A stretch of DNA of 64,000 nucleotides from Alphaproteobacteria bacterium (GTDB lineage: Bacteria > Pseudomonadota > Alphaproteobacteria > Rs-D84). The notes below the pieces were generated by a model. That model was not told the origin of the DNA, did no database searches, and was given only the letters and a program-made list of their open reading frames with translations. How positions within the stretch are numbered: position 1 is the stretch's first letter; each line of letters opens with the position of its first letter. The translations under genes were made by a program, and so were the position numbers. The stretch is taken from the NCBI GenBank assembly GCA_017935245.1, contig JAGBHZ010000003.1, forward strand, positions 6,956 through 70,955. The letters are read 5' to 3'. Positions 9,535-18,610 of the stretch are shown here, piece by piece.

Positions 9535-9609
9535 GCGGGCATAGTACAAAGGCTAGTATGCAAGCCTTCCAAGCTTGAAATGCGGGTTCGATTCCCGCTG
9601 CCCGCACCA
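9535..9609 (+). tRNA. tRNA-Gly (anticodon TCC)
   Basis: Acceptor GCGGGCA/TGCCCGC, anticodon arm CAAGC-CTTCCAA-GCTTG, T-arm GCGGG-TTCGATT-CCCGC, encoded CCA. Confidence 0.9.
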
Positions 9610-9640
9610 AAAAACATTTTATATGTTTTTTGGACAGATT

Positions 9641-9727
9641 GGGCGTGCGCCGGAGTTGGAGAGCCGGGGCAGACTGTAAATCTGTTGGCTTAAGCCTGAG
9701 CTGGTTCGAATCCAGCCACTCCCACCA
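9641..9727 (+). tRNA. tRNA-Tyr (anticodon GTA), long variable arm
   Basis: Anticodon arm GCAGA-CTGTAAA-TCTGT, variable arm TGGCTTAAGCCTGA, T-arm GCTGG-TTCGAAT-CCAGC, encoded CCA. Atypical C4:U69 mismatch and C8. Confidence 0.78.
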
Positions 9728-9732
9728 GAAAT

Positions 9733-9765
9733 AAAATCACCCCATTCGGGGTGGTTTTATTTTTG
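9733..9765 (+). terminator. Intrinsic terminator after tRNA-Tyr
   Basis: CACCCC-ATTC-GGGGTG followed by GTTTTATTTTT. Confidence 0.7.
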
Positions 9766-9769
9766 GTGA

Positions 9770-9908
9770 ATGTGGTTCATGGATTTAAACCACGCAATCA
9801 TAAGATTGCCGGTTCGACAATGAGTAAGCGAGAACAAGCAGTGCGCAGTTCGAGTGCTAACGAATGCCCCGCAGGACATTTGTCCGAGGGAATCAGCCAC
9901 TCCCACCA
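9770..9908 (+). ncRNA. Candidate structured small RNA or tRNA-Tyr 3'-end remnant
   Basis: Hairpins GTGGTT..AACCAC, GCAATC-ATAA-GATTGC and GGAC-ATTT-GTCC. Ends in AGCCACTCCCACCA, identical to the last 14 nt of tRNA-Tyr, and is followed by its own terminator. Confidence 0.3.
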
Positions 9909-9910
9909 TT

Positions 9911-9938
9911 AAAATACCCCACATTGTGTGGGTTTTTT
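9911..9938. terminator. Bidirectional intrinsic terminator
   Basis: AAAATACCCCACATTGTGTGGGTTTTTT, placed between the RNA region and the stop of the minus-strand OMP gene at 9940. Confidence 0.7.
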
Positions 9939-9939
9939 G

Positions 9940-11088
9940 TTAAAACATACGTACGATTTCAAGCATTGCCTGGTGCATGTGGTGGGTGTATGTCGGGATG
10001 TTGGAATCTTGGTATGCGTATGTGTAACTGAATGCGGGAATAAAGTTATAAAGGTTTATATAACTGTTATAAATTCGGGTGTAAATTTGGTATGTGTTGT
10101 CGCGTCTGGTGGCGTGATGAAATGTGTTGTCCAGGATAAATGTGCCAGATGTATGGTATGTGTTATGTGAATACATGGCGTTTATATAGAAATTAAATCC
10201 ATATGGAATCTTGTAAAAATATCCAATCGCAATGCGGCCTGTGTCAAACCCCAGGGCGGAAAGGCTTGTGTCATTATGTGATATGGCGGCGGTAAATGAA
10301 ATAAAACTGTGATTGGTCAGGTAATATTTTGGGTGCACATAGAATGTCCAATCAAATCCAGACAGAATATCGTTTATTTTTTCGCTATGATAATGGTTCC
10401 TTTGAATATCCAGGGCGATGTTTGTAAATAATCTGGATGGAAATTGCAGTGTGCCACCAATGCGCGCGCCATACGTTGTATTGTAAAGGTGATTGTTATA
10501 AAAGCGGGTGCCAAAAGATGGCTGGATATAAACATCACCGTGGGAAAATATATATCGTGGGCCGATGGCAAATCGGGCGGAATAATCCGTCGGAATATCG
10601 TTTGATGTGTTTAAAATTGCGCCACCAAATGTTGTGCGTAAGCCAAAGTTTTTATATATATTTGTGTAATAATTTACTGCGCCATTTATGTTTAGGCCAA
10701 ATCCAGATAAATCTGGTTCTAGTTCGGAACAAGCGGGCCCAGATGGGGTTTGTATACATTCATGGCGATTGGATGGGGCGAAATTAATACTGCTGTCGGG
10801 GATGGTGCCGATGCCAAATTCAATATCCCATTTTTTTAATCGACGAATATCTGACAGGTATTTATTTATATCGTTGGGTGCGTCGCATTGTGCGGTGGCA
10901 AATTCAAAATTGTATTGCGCGGCGGAATATTGATTTGTGTCGAAATATAGTTTTGCTAATTCATATCGTGCATCCAAATTGGATGGATTTTTGCGAACGG
11001 TATCAATATATGATGTGAGACTATCGGATGCACAAACATTGTGTGAAAAAATTGCAAAAATACAAAAAATCAAACATATGTTTCGCAT
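9940..11088 (-). CDS. Outer-membrane beta-barrel protein, Slam-like (DUF560-type: short TPR plus barrel)
   Basis: Signal peptide ending VCA|SD. TPR-like NLDARYELAKLYFDTNQYSAAQYNFEFA. Tyr/Asn/Thr-rich alternating strands. C-terminus RRDNTYQIY...FIPAFSYTYAYQDSN...LEIVRMF ends in an aromatic residue. Confidence 0.55.
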   Translation of the reverse strand: MRNICLIFCIFAIFSHNVCASDSLTSYIDTVRKNPSNLDARYELAKLYFDTNQYSAAQYNFEFATAQCDAPNDINKYLSDIRRLKKWDIEFGIGTIPDSSINFAPSNRHECIQTPSGPACSELEPDLSGFGLNINGAVNYYTNIYKNFGLRTTFGGAILNTSNDIPTDYSARFAIGPRYIFSHGDVYIQPSFGTRFYNNHLYNTTYGARIGGTLQFPSRLFTNIALDIQRNHYHSEKINDILSGFDWTFYVHPKYYLTNHSFISFTAAISHNDTSLSALGFDTGRIAIGYFYKIPYGFNFYINAMYSHNTYHTSGTFILDNTFHHATRRDNTYQIYTRIYNSYINLYNFIPAFSYTYAYQDSNIPTYTHHMHQAMLEIVRMF

Positions 11089-11133
11089 ATCTTGCCCATT
11101 GTATCGGGGGACAAGATATATCGCAAAAGGATG

Positions 11134-12735
11134 TTATTCTTCGATTTCTATTTCATCGATGTATGAACGGTTAACAGATTCCAATTTTATCGGTGTGAAT
11201 TCAGATACGGTTATGGGGTCGCGGTCATCTTCGGGTAAAATTGTTATCGCGTCGGTGCGGGATACTGGGGCGGTGTGCGTGATATTGGCACCATATGTTT
11301 TTGATTTATATTTTTCCAAAAATCGTTCAGGAATACGGATATAGTTATTAGGATTAATACCAGTTGATTCAATATCCATTGATGGGGCGGGGACAATGTG
11401 TCGCTGTTCAATATTATATACGGGTTTTATAAAGTTTATTGGGGCCGAACGAACATCAGATGTTGTGCCATCGCCATTGATTTTTACAATACGCAATCCG
11501 CGTTCATTGTCGCCGGTTGGCTTTAATCTGAACAGGCCGTCTGTACCGACATAACCACTGGGGTCCAGCAGGTATGATGCATCAGATTTATCGGAATAAA
11601 TCATGCCGATTGCCATGTTTGTGGCGTCATATCCAATTGTTGCCAGGCGATTTGGTGTCGCGCCAGATATTGTTTCATATAAAATGGCAAAATTGTCATC
11701 AATTGCCGGTAATACCGCGTATTTTGCCCCAGTCATTGTTATGTCAGATGTGATGTCTGTGCCATCCCACATGGCGGTGCCATAATATGATGCATCACGT
11801 GAATTTACGCCAAAGTATCTTAGAAATGATGCCAGTTTTTTTGTGTCGTCTGCGTTCCCCAGGAATAATATCGCATTGTATGGCAGTTTGCCCAGGGTGT
11901 CGGTGCGGGAAATCTTTTCAAGTTGGGCGTTAAGATTAGAATATTCCAAAGCCGTCAGGCGTTCATTTGTTAATATGTCCCCCAATATTTCACGGGCACG
12001 GTTGTTTGCCGCGGTGCGTGATGCGTTTAATGATGCCTTTTGTGATGTGTCTTTGATAGAATTGGCATCGCCGGCGGTGTAATAAAATATACCGCGCAGG
12101 CTAACGTTATTTATTGAGGCCGCATTTTTTGCCGTGCCCGCCATAAGGTGGCCAGACTGATTATCAGGGGCCAAAATGATAAAGCCGTTCACATTATCGT
12201 CGCGCATTTGTTTTACGATTGTTTCAACACTGTTTGTGGGCATTAATGCCATGGTTATAACGCCATTGCCGACCGCCGTTGCGTCGGATGTAAATGTTAA
12301 TGCGGGGGTGTTTGTTGGTTTCGTATCACGTAAAATTCGTGCGTTGTCTGCAAATAATGGGCCAATGATTATTTCGGGATTTGTGGATAATGCACCAGTG
12401 ATTGCGTCGGTTGGATTTGTGGCGGTGTCATAAAACGATACATACAGGTTTGGGCGATTTTGTTGTAACACGGCGGTTTCAACCGATGTGCGAATCGTTT
12501 TGCCAATTTCACCATTTGGCCCAGATGTTGGCAGTAATACCGCCATACGCCGTATGTCATTTTCATCGTATTGGTGTGTGCCATATTCATCGGCGGGGCG
12601 ACCATACTGCATCGCGGTTGGTGTGCCGACCGTTGTGGCATCATAACCATCAAACCAATCAATCGTGTCAGATGTCGTTGGTGCACACCCAGACAGTATG
12701 GCAATCAATCCGAAAATCTTAAAAAATGTATTCAT
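11134..12735 (-). CDS. LpoA-like (LppC/PBP-activator family) lipoprotein with about 120-aa C-terminal extension
   Basis: Lipobox ILSGC|A. VAVLLPTSGPNGEIGKTIRTSVETA...VSFYDT...IIIGPLFADNARIL matches the periplasmic-binding-fold LpoA core. Divergent from rsmI, as in E. coli yraL/yraM. Confidence 0.65.
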   Translation of the reverse strand: MNTFFKIFGLIAILSGCAPTTSDTIDWFDGYDATTVGTPTAMQYGRPADEYGTHQYDENDIRRMAVLLPTSGPNGEIGKTIRTSVETAVLQQNRPNLYVSFYDTATNPTDAITGALSTNPEIIIGPLFADNARILRDTKPTNTPALTFTSDATAVGNGVITMALMPTNSVETIVKQMRDDNVNGFIILAPDNQSGHLMAGTAKNAASINNVSLRGIFYYTAGDANSIKDTSQKASLNASRTAANNRAREILGDILTNERLTALEYSNLNAQLEKISRTDTLGKLPYNAILFLGNADDTKKLASFLRYFGVNSRDASYYGTAMWDGTDITSDITMTGAKYAVLPAIDDNFAILYETISGATPNRLATIGYDATNMAIGMIYSDKSDASYLLDPSGYVGTDGLFRLKPTGDNERGLRIVKINGDGTTSDVRSAPINFIKPVYNIEQRHIVPAPSMDIESTGINPNNYIRIPERFLEKYKSKTYGANITHTAPVSRTDAITILPEDDRDPITVSEFTPIKLESVNRSYIDEIEIEE

Positions 12736-12789
12736 ATGCATTGAAATATCCATTTATTTTTGTATTATTTTACTATAAAAGGATTTCTA

Positions 12790-13590
12790 ATGCAATCAGG
12801 GCTTTATATTGTTGGCACACCAATCGGAAATTTATCAGATATGTCGCCACGTGCAATCGATGTTTTGCGCAGTGTGGATTTAATCGCGGCCGAAGATACA
12901 CGGGTGTTTGGGAAACTGGCCATGCATTTTGATATAAAAACACCACGTGTGTCATGTCATGAATATAATGAACGTGATGTTGTTGATGGATTGATTCAAA
13001 AAATTCAGGGTGGACAATCGATTGCAGTTGTATCTGATGCGGGAATGCCGGGGATAAGTGATCCGGGATTTCGTATTGTGCGTGCGGCACGCGCGGCGGG
13101 TGTGGATGTGTTTGTTGTGCCGGGGGCAACCGCGGTAATTAGTGCACTGGTATTATCTGGGTTCCCAACAGACAGATTTACGTTCTGTGGTTTCGTGGAC
13201 GAAAAGAAATTACGTGATGATAATAAAATACGTCATACAATTGTGTACTATGAAAGTCCAAATCGTATCATGAAAACAATTGCAGAATTTGCGCGTGTTA
13301 TGCCCGAACGACAAATTGCAATTGTGCGTGAAATTACCAAGATTCATGAACAGGTCATAATTGGATATCCCGCAGATTTAATGCGTATAGAGCCGCCACG
13401 TGGGGAAATTGTTATTGTGGTGGCGCCGGCGCCAGATAAAAAAATGTCTGATGATGAAATTTCTGAAATTGTAAATGATATTGTTGGGGGGCGTACAAAA
13501 AGTGCCGCCGCAGAACTGGCCGCGCGCAGTGGTATTTCAAAAAAAGAAGCGTACAAGCGTTTATTGGAACAAGGGGGGGCAAATGATTAA
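12790..13590 (+). CDS. rsmI: 16S rRNA (cytidine1402-2'-O)-methyltransferase RsmI
   Basis: LYIVGTPIGNLSDMSPRAIDVLRSVDLIAAEDTR, VSDAGMPGISDPG, VVPGATA, YESPNR. Confidence 0.9.
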   Translation: MQSGLYIVGTPIGNLSDMSPRAIDVLRSVDLIAAEDTRVFGKLAMHFDIKTPRVSCHEYNERDVVDGLIQKIQGGQSIAVVSDAGMPGISDPGFRIVRAARAAGVDVFVVPGATAVISALVLSGFPTDRFTFCGFVDEKKLRDDNKIRHTIVYYESPNRIMKTIAEFARVMPERQIAIVREITKIHEQVIIGYPADLMRIEPPRGEIVIVVAPAPDKKMSDDEISEIVNDIVGGRTKSAAAELAARSGISKKEAYKRLLEQGGAND

Positions 13591-14137
13591 ATTTGTTGGC
13601 AGTTTTGAAACCGTTAAATCTTTGCCACGGACGCAATTTGCAGAATATGCATTTATCGGGCGCAGTAATGTTGGTAAATCGTCCCTGATTAATGCGGTTG
13701 TTGGGACGCCAATTGCACGTACGTCAAATACGCCCGGACGTACACAAAGTATTAACATGTTTAATCTTGATGATCGGGTTATGATTGTTGATTTGCCGGG
13801 ATATGGTTATGCACGTGTGTCACGTGCGGATGCGATGCGGTGGCTGCAACGATTAGAAGAATATTTGTTAACACGTCGGCAATTAAAGCGGTTGTTTATT
13901 TTAATCGATTCGCGAATTGGTGTGCGGGATTCTGATTTGGATTTAATGGATTTCTGTGATGCAAATGCAATCAGTTATCAGATTGTTTATACAAAAAAAG
14001 ATAAAAAAGTGCGTGAAGCAAATCAATTGGAAATAAAGCACACAGATCATGGGGCAATGGTGCCAGAAATCCTGGAAACATCGGCCGAAAAAAAATCTGG
14101 GTTGGAACCAATAAGGGCGATAATTGGTATCAAATAA
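13583..14137 (+). CDS. engB: Ribosome biogenesis GTPase EngB/YihA
   Basis: G1 GRSNVGKSSLINA, G2 PGRTQ, G3 DLPGYG, G4 TKKDK. ATG overlaps the rsmI stop. Confidence 0.85.
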   Translation: MIKFVGSFETVKSLPRTQFAEYAFIGRSNVGKSSLINAVVGTPIARTSNTPGRTQSINMFNLDDRVMIVDLPGYGYARVSRADAMRWLQRLEEYLLTRRQLKRLFILIDSRIGVRDSDLDLMDFCDANAISYQIVYTKKDKKVREANQLEIKHTDHGAMVPEILETSAEKKSGLEPIRAIIGIK

Positions 14138-16652
14138 AAATGTTTTTTGTGCGACAAATCCGGCAAAGATGATTGATGCACTGTTTCAGATTTTGGATGC
14201 ATCAGGGGTGGATTTGCGCTATATGTTGATTTTCCTGCCCAGTCGTCGTGCAGTGCGAACCGTTGAAATGGCGTTGGTAAAACGGTTGGGGCGGGCGGTT
14301 TTGTTGCCGCATTTGGTGGCCCTGGGCGAAGGGGTGGATGACCCAGAATTTATCGATGATGTTGATGGGGTGGATGTTATTACAAATCTGGAACGGGTGG
14401 CGGTTATTGCGCGGTTGCTCGCCGCGGATGCGGATATAAAAAACCTGGGGATGGCATTGCCAATCGCGCGCGATTTGGTGCGTATGCAGGATTATATGGA
14501 AAACGAAGGGGTTAATGCCAGTGATATAGACTGGGGGGCATTGGTGGATGATAAATATGCAAATCATTTCCAGGCCAAGGCAAAAATGCTAAATATAATG
14601 TCGCGGGTGATGGATGAATTTGGCGCGGGACGCGTAACCCAGACACAAAAAAGAAATGATGATATTCGGGCGTGGTGTGGGGTGCTGGATAAATATAAAT
14701 TGGTTATTGTGTGTGGTTCCACCGCCAGTGTGCCTGCAACCGCAGATTTAATGGTGGCGGTCGCACAACGGGCGTATGGACGAATTATTTTGTCGGGTAA
14801 AATAGATGGAAGAAAAGAAGATTTTGAACTGAATACAAATCCGTATAATGCAGAACAAAAATTCTTGGCGCGGATTGGATGTGATGTGGCGGATGTTGTT
14901 CCAATTGATGTTGGGGGGTCGGTAATTGATTTCCTGAATTTTTGTTTTGGTAATAATCCAGATGATTATGCGGGGGATAAAAATTTATCACACTGTCATT
15001 TAATAGACGCACCAAGCGAGGCCGCCGAAGCCGCCGCCGTCGCAGAAATTGCCGCACGTGGCATTGCACAGAACAAGTCTGTGTTGGTTATAACACCCGA
15101 TGCCGCCGCAAACCAACGAATTGGTGCCGCACTGGGGGCGCGAAATATCACAGCAGATTTTTCAGGGGGCATATCGGCAACAATGACATGTGTGGGGCGG
15201 GCAATACTGAATTTACTTGATGCATGGATAGAAGGTGCCACAGATGTTTTTGATAAAATATATGTAAAAAATAATAAAAACCTGTTTGCGACAATCACAG
15301 AAATTGTAAAGGTTTACTATCCAGATTTTGCACCGCAATTTGTTATTGATGATGATGTGTCTGTTATGGTGTGGGGCGCAATTCGTAATTTGTCAGACGC
15401 ATGTAATGCGGCGGGAATTGAATTGTCGGTGCATGATGCACGGGCATTTATCGCAGATGTTTTGTCCGGTGTGTCGGTGCGAAATACACCAAATGCAGAT
15501 GCGTGTGTGTCGGTAATTGGTACAATTGAATCACGTATGCAAACCGCAGATATTGTAATCTTAACAGGATTGAACGAAGGGATGTTTCCCGCACGGGGAT
15601 ATGAAAATGCGTGGCTGCCACGGCGAATTGCGGAACAAATTGGTTTGCCATCGGCCGACAGAAAGGTGTCATTACAGGCACTGGATTTTATGAATTTGTC
15701 ATGTGGTCCCCAGGTCTATTGGACGCGCAGTCGTGTGTCGGGTGGTGTTCAAACAATGCAATCGCGATTTTTGTCCCGCTTAAATGCGCGACGTGCTATA
15801 TTTGATACGGCGGTTGGTGTGGATGTTTTGAATTGTGTAAATATGCGTGATGCGCCCGTGGCGGATGGGTTGGATTATTCGCCGCCGGTTGCGCCGGCCG
15901 ATTGGTCAGATGTCTATGTAACAGAATTAGAACATTTGATACATAATCCGTATTCTTTCTATGTTCGGCATATTTTAAAGTTGCGTGTGTTAGACGATTG
16001 GTGGATGGGGGTTGATGCACGGGCGTTTGGAAACCTGGTCCATGATGTGATAAAAGACGCAAATGATTTAAATCCAAATAGATTAATTGCAGAAATGGAT
16101 ATGCGGGCGCGCGGATTGTTGGGGACGGGTGGGGTGTTGTATCATTTTTGGTACAAGCGTTTTGTGGAAATTGCACCGATAATTTCAGATGTGTTATCAA
16201 AAATTCCAAATCAATATCGCGAAATTGGGGGACATGTAAAAATACCTGTTGGTAAATCGTATCGTACGGTGCGGGCGCGGGCAGATATGGTTTGGAATGA
16301 TGGGGTTATGGATTTTAAGACCGGTACACCACCGAATCGATCCCAACTGATGGCGGGTAATATGCCCCAGTTGCCAATCGAAGCATTGATTTTACAATCG
16401 GGGGGATTTGATTTGCCGTATGGGGTACGCGTAACAAAAACACCGGTAATGTCTTTTTTACAGTTAAAAAATGGTGATGTAAAGCATATTGAATATGATG
16501 CAGATACCACCCAGAAAATGATAGATGCCGCCGTTGCCAAGGTAACAGAACTGTTTAATATATATACCGTGGGTGGCGCACCGTATGAATATCGTGAAAC
16601 CGGTGATGATAAATACAAGGCCTATGATGATTTGGCACGCATTAGGGACTAG
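14124..16652 (+). CDS. addB: Double-strand break repair protein AddB (alphaproteobacterial type, PD-(D/E)XK C-domain)
   Basis: IFLPSRRAVRTVEMAL, IVILTGLNEGMFPA, SRFLSRL, VTELEHLIHNPYSFYVRHILKL, GNLVHDVI, RADMVWNDGVMDFKTG. TTG start overlaps the engB end. Confidence 0.7.
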   Translation: MVSNKNVFCATNPAKMIDALFQILDASGVDLRYMLIFLPSRRAVRTVEMALVKRLGRAVLLPHLVALGEGVDDPEFIDDVDGVDVITNLERVAVIARLLAADADIKNLGMALPIARDLVRMQDYMENEGVNASDIDWGALVDDKYANHFQAKAKMLNIMSRVMDEFGAGRVTQTQKRNDDIRAWCGVLDKYKLVIVCGSTASVPATADLMVAVAQRAYGRIILSGKIDGRKEDFELNTNPYNAEQKFLARIGCDVADVVPIDVGGSVIDFLNFCFGNNPDDYAGDKNLSHCHLIDAPSEAAEAAAVAEIAARGIAQNKSVLVITPDAAANQRIGAALGARNITADFSGGISATMTCVGRAILNLLDAWIEGATDVFDKIYVKNNKNLFATITEIVKVYYPDFAPQFVIDDDVSVMVWGAIRNLSDACNAAGIELSVHDARAFIADVLSGVSVRNTPNADACVSVIGTIESRMQTADIVILTGLNEGMFPARGYENAWLPRRIAEQIGLPSADRKVSLQALDFMNLSCGPQVYWTRSRVSGGVQTMQSRFLSRLNARRAIFDTAVGVDVLNCVNMRDAPVADGLDYSPPVAPADWSDVYVTELEHLIHNPYSFYVRHILKLRVLDDWWMGVDARAFGNLVHDVIKDANDLNPNRLIAEMDMRARGLLGTGGVLYHFWYKRFVEIAPIISDVLSKIPNQYREIGGHVKIPVGKSYRTVRARADMVWNDGVMDFKTGTPPNRSQLMAGNMPQLPIEALILQSGGFDLPYGVRVTKTPVMSFLQLKNGDVKHIEYDADTTQKMIDAAVAKVTELFNIYTVGGAPYEYRETGDDKYKAYDDLARIRD

Positions 16653-16664
16653 TGTCTTATAATC

Positions 16665-17966
16665 TTATTTCCCCAGGCATAATTGACCAAACGTCATATC
16701 CAATATTTCGTTTGCGGTAATTGTTCCCAATATCTTGCCAATGGCGTCGGATGCACGACGTGTGTGTTCGGCAAAAATGTCATAGTTGTCGCCCGCACGG
16801 ATTGCGTTTTCTAATTCGTTATATGCCGTTTCCAGTAATGATTTTGTGCGTGCGTTTATTGATAAATCTGATTCACGTCCGTCAAACATTTTGTGAATCT
16901 TGGTGCGTAACATATCCATCAATGTATTCATACCGTCGCCTGTATGCGCCGAAGTGTATATGGCGTTTTTGCAAGAACGCTTTTTGGCAGTATCTGATTT
17001 GTTTATAACAATGATTTCATTCGGTTTGCAATTGCTGTCAGGTATATTTTCCGGCGTATAGACCCGAACAACAATGTCTGCGTTTTCTATTTCGGTTTTT
17101 GTGCGTTCGATACCAATTGATTCAATTTCGTCAGATGTTTCGCGAATGCCGGCGGTGTCTGATAAATTTACCATATATCCATCAATATCGATTGTTGCGG
17201 ATACAACGTCACGCGTGGTGCCGGCAATATCCGATACAATTGCACGATTTGAACCGACCAAGTGATTAAATATTGAAGATTTTCCAACATTGGTTTCACC
17301 AACCAGTGCGACATTTATCCCACCACGAATTGCGCGCGATGTGCGATATCCACGCAGGGCCGCACCAATTTCATCGTATAATTTCTGGGTCCGATTTTGA
17401 ATTGTGTCCCCAATGTTTGGTGGCAGGTCGTCGGGACTGTAATCCAGCATGGCCGCCGCATACGCCGATATTTCAACCATCTGGGTGCGCCATGTGTTGT
17501 AAATTTCACTGTCCCGGCCCAGCATAGATTGCAGGGCGTGTTTACGCTGGATATCGGTTTGGGCATCCAGCAGCGCCGCCAATCCGTCAACGTCCGCCAA
17601 ATCCATTTTGTTGTTATAGAACGCGCGTCGTGAAAATTCACCGGGGGTTGCCATACGCATCCCCAATGTGCCCAGGTATTCAAATACCGCGCTGATTACC
17701 GCCGGTGCGCCGTGGGTGTGTAATTCGATTACGTCTTCGCCGGTAAAACTGTGTGGGGCGGGAAAATAAATTGCCAGGCACTGGTCAATCAGTTCACCCG
17801 CGTTATCGCGCAGGTTTGTAAAATATGCGCGGCGTGGTTTAATGTCCGTTTTATTTACAAATCGTGCGAATATATCACCCAGGTTTTCGCCCGATATGCG
17901 TACAACCGCAACGCCGGACTTTCCATGCCCACTGGATAATGCAAAGATTGTATCGTTGTTATTCAT
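16665..17966 (-). CDS. mnmE: tRNA modification GTPase MnmE (TrmE)
   Basis: IFALSSGHGKSGVAVVRISG, G-domain GETNVGKSSIFN, DTAGIR, NKSD, C-terminal FCLGK-type motif (QLCLGK). Confidence 0.92.
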   Translation of the reverse strand: MNNNDTIFALSSGHGKSGVAVVRISGENLGDIFARFVNKTDIKPRRAYFTNLRDNAGELIDQCLAIYFPAPHSFTGEDVIELHTHGAPAVISAVFEYLGTLGMRMATPGEFSRRAFYNNKMDLADVDGLAALLDAQTDIQRKHALQSMLGRDSEIYNTWRTQMVEISAYAAAMLDYSPDDLPPNIGDTIQNRTQKLYDEIGAALRGYRTSRAIRGGINVALVGETNVGKSSIFNHLVGSNRAIVSDIAGTTRDVVSATIDIDGYMVNLSDTAGIRETSDEIESIGIERTKTEIENADIVVRVYTPENIPDSNCKPNEIIVINKSDTAKKRSCKNAIYTSAHTGDGMNTLMDMLRTKIHKMFDGRESDLSINARTKSLLETAYNELENAIRAGDNYDIFAEHTRRASDAIGKILGTITANEILDMTFGQLCLGK

Positions 17967-17969
17967 CTA

Positions 17970-18560
17970 TTATTTCCCTTTGCTAATTTCTTTTAATGCC
18001 ATTGGGACCAGGGTTGATACATCGGCGGTTGGATTTTGATTAACCAGTTTTTGGGCCATTTCCAAGATATCCAAACGACGATAGCCCAATGATTCCAGTG
18101 CCATCAATAAATCGGGCAGGGCGGACGACGCGCCCGTGGCGCCTGTGTCCGGTGCAAACAGTGTGGCCGATGCCCCACCAACCTTGTTCTTTAGTTCAAC
18201 GATGATTTTTTCGGCGACCTTTTTTCCAACGCCGGGGGCGGTCGCAATTGTTTTTGCGTCCCCCGTTGCAATGGCCGACATTAACATATCGGCGCTGATT
18301 GTCCCCAGGATTGCCATTGCAACCTTGGGGCCCACACCCGACACACCCGTCAACATATTAAACAGATTCTGGGCGGCCAATGTTGTAAATCCGAACAGGC
18401 GTATTGAATCTTCGCGTACAACGGTTTCAATCCACAATTCAACCGTACTTTTATGGGTCAGGTATTCGGTTGTGTGTACCTTGTACCCGACGCCGTGGGT
18501 TAATAAAATTATAAAACCATCACCGATATAGTCAACTATGCCTTGCAATTTGCCAATCAT
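17970..18560 (-). CDS. ruvA: Holliday junction branch migration complex subunit RuvA
   Basis: MIGKLQGIVDYIGDGFIILLTHGVGYKV, HhH pair GVSGVGPKVAMAIL and APGVGKKVAEKII. Confidence 0.9.
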   Translation of the reverse strand: MIGKLQGIVDYIGDGFIILLTHGVGYKVHTTEYLTHKSTVELWIETVVREDSIRLFGFTTLAAQNLFNMLTGVSGVGPKVAMAILGTISADMLMSAIATGDAKTIATAPGVGKKVAEKIIVELKNKVGGASATLFAPDTGATGASSALPDLLMALESLGYRRLDILEMAQKLVNQNPTADVSTLVPMALKEISKGK

Positions 18561-18610
18561 CTGTTATCCTTTTGGGGTAATTTTAATCCAAATAAATAAA
18601 AAGGTCAAAT

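Noticed and set aside
9857-9911. A tmRNA-like tag reading frame, GCT AAC GAA ... (ANECPAGHLSEGISHSHH*), in the RNA-like region after tRNA-Tyr.
   Set aside because: The segment is far too short for tmRNA. It has no GGGG 5' acceptor strand, pseudoknots or T-arm. The frame runs through the CCA end, and the tag lacks the usual hydrophobic xAA terminus.
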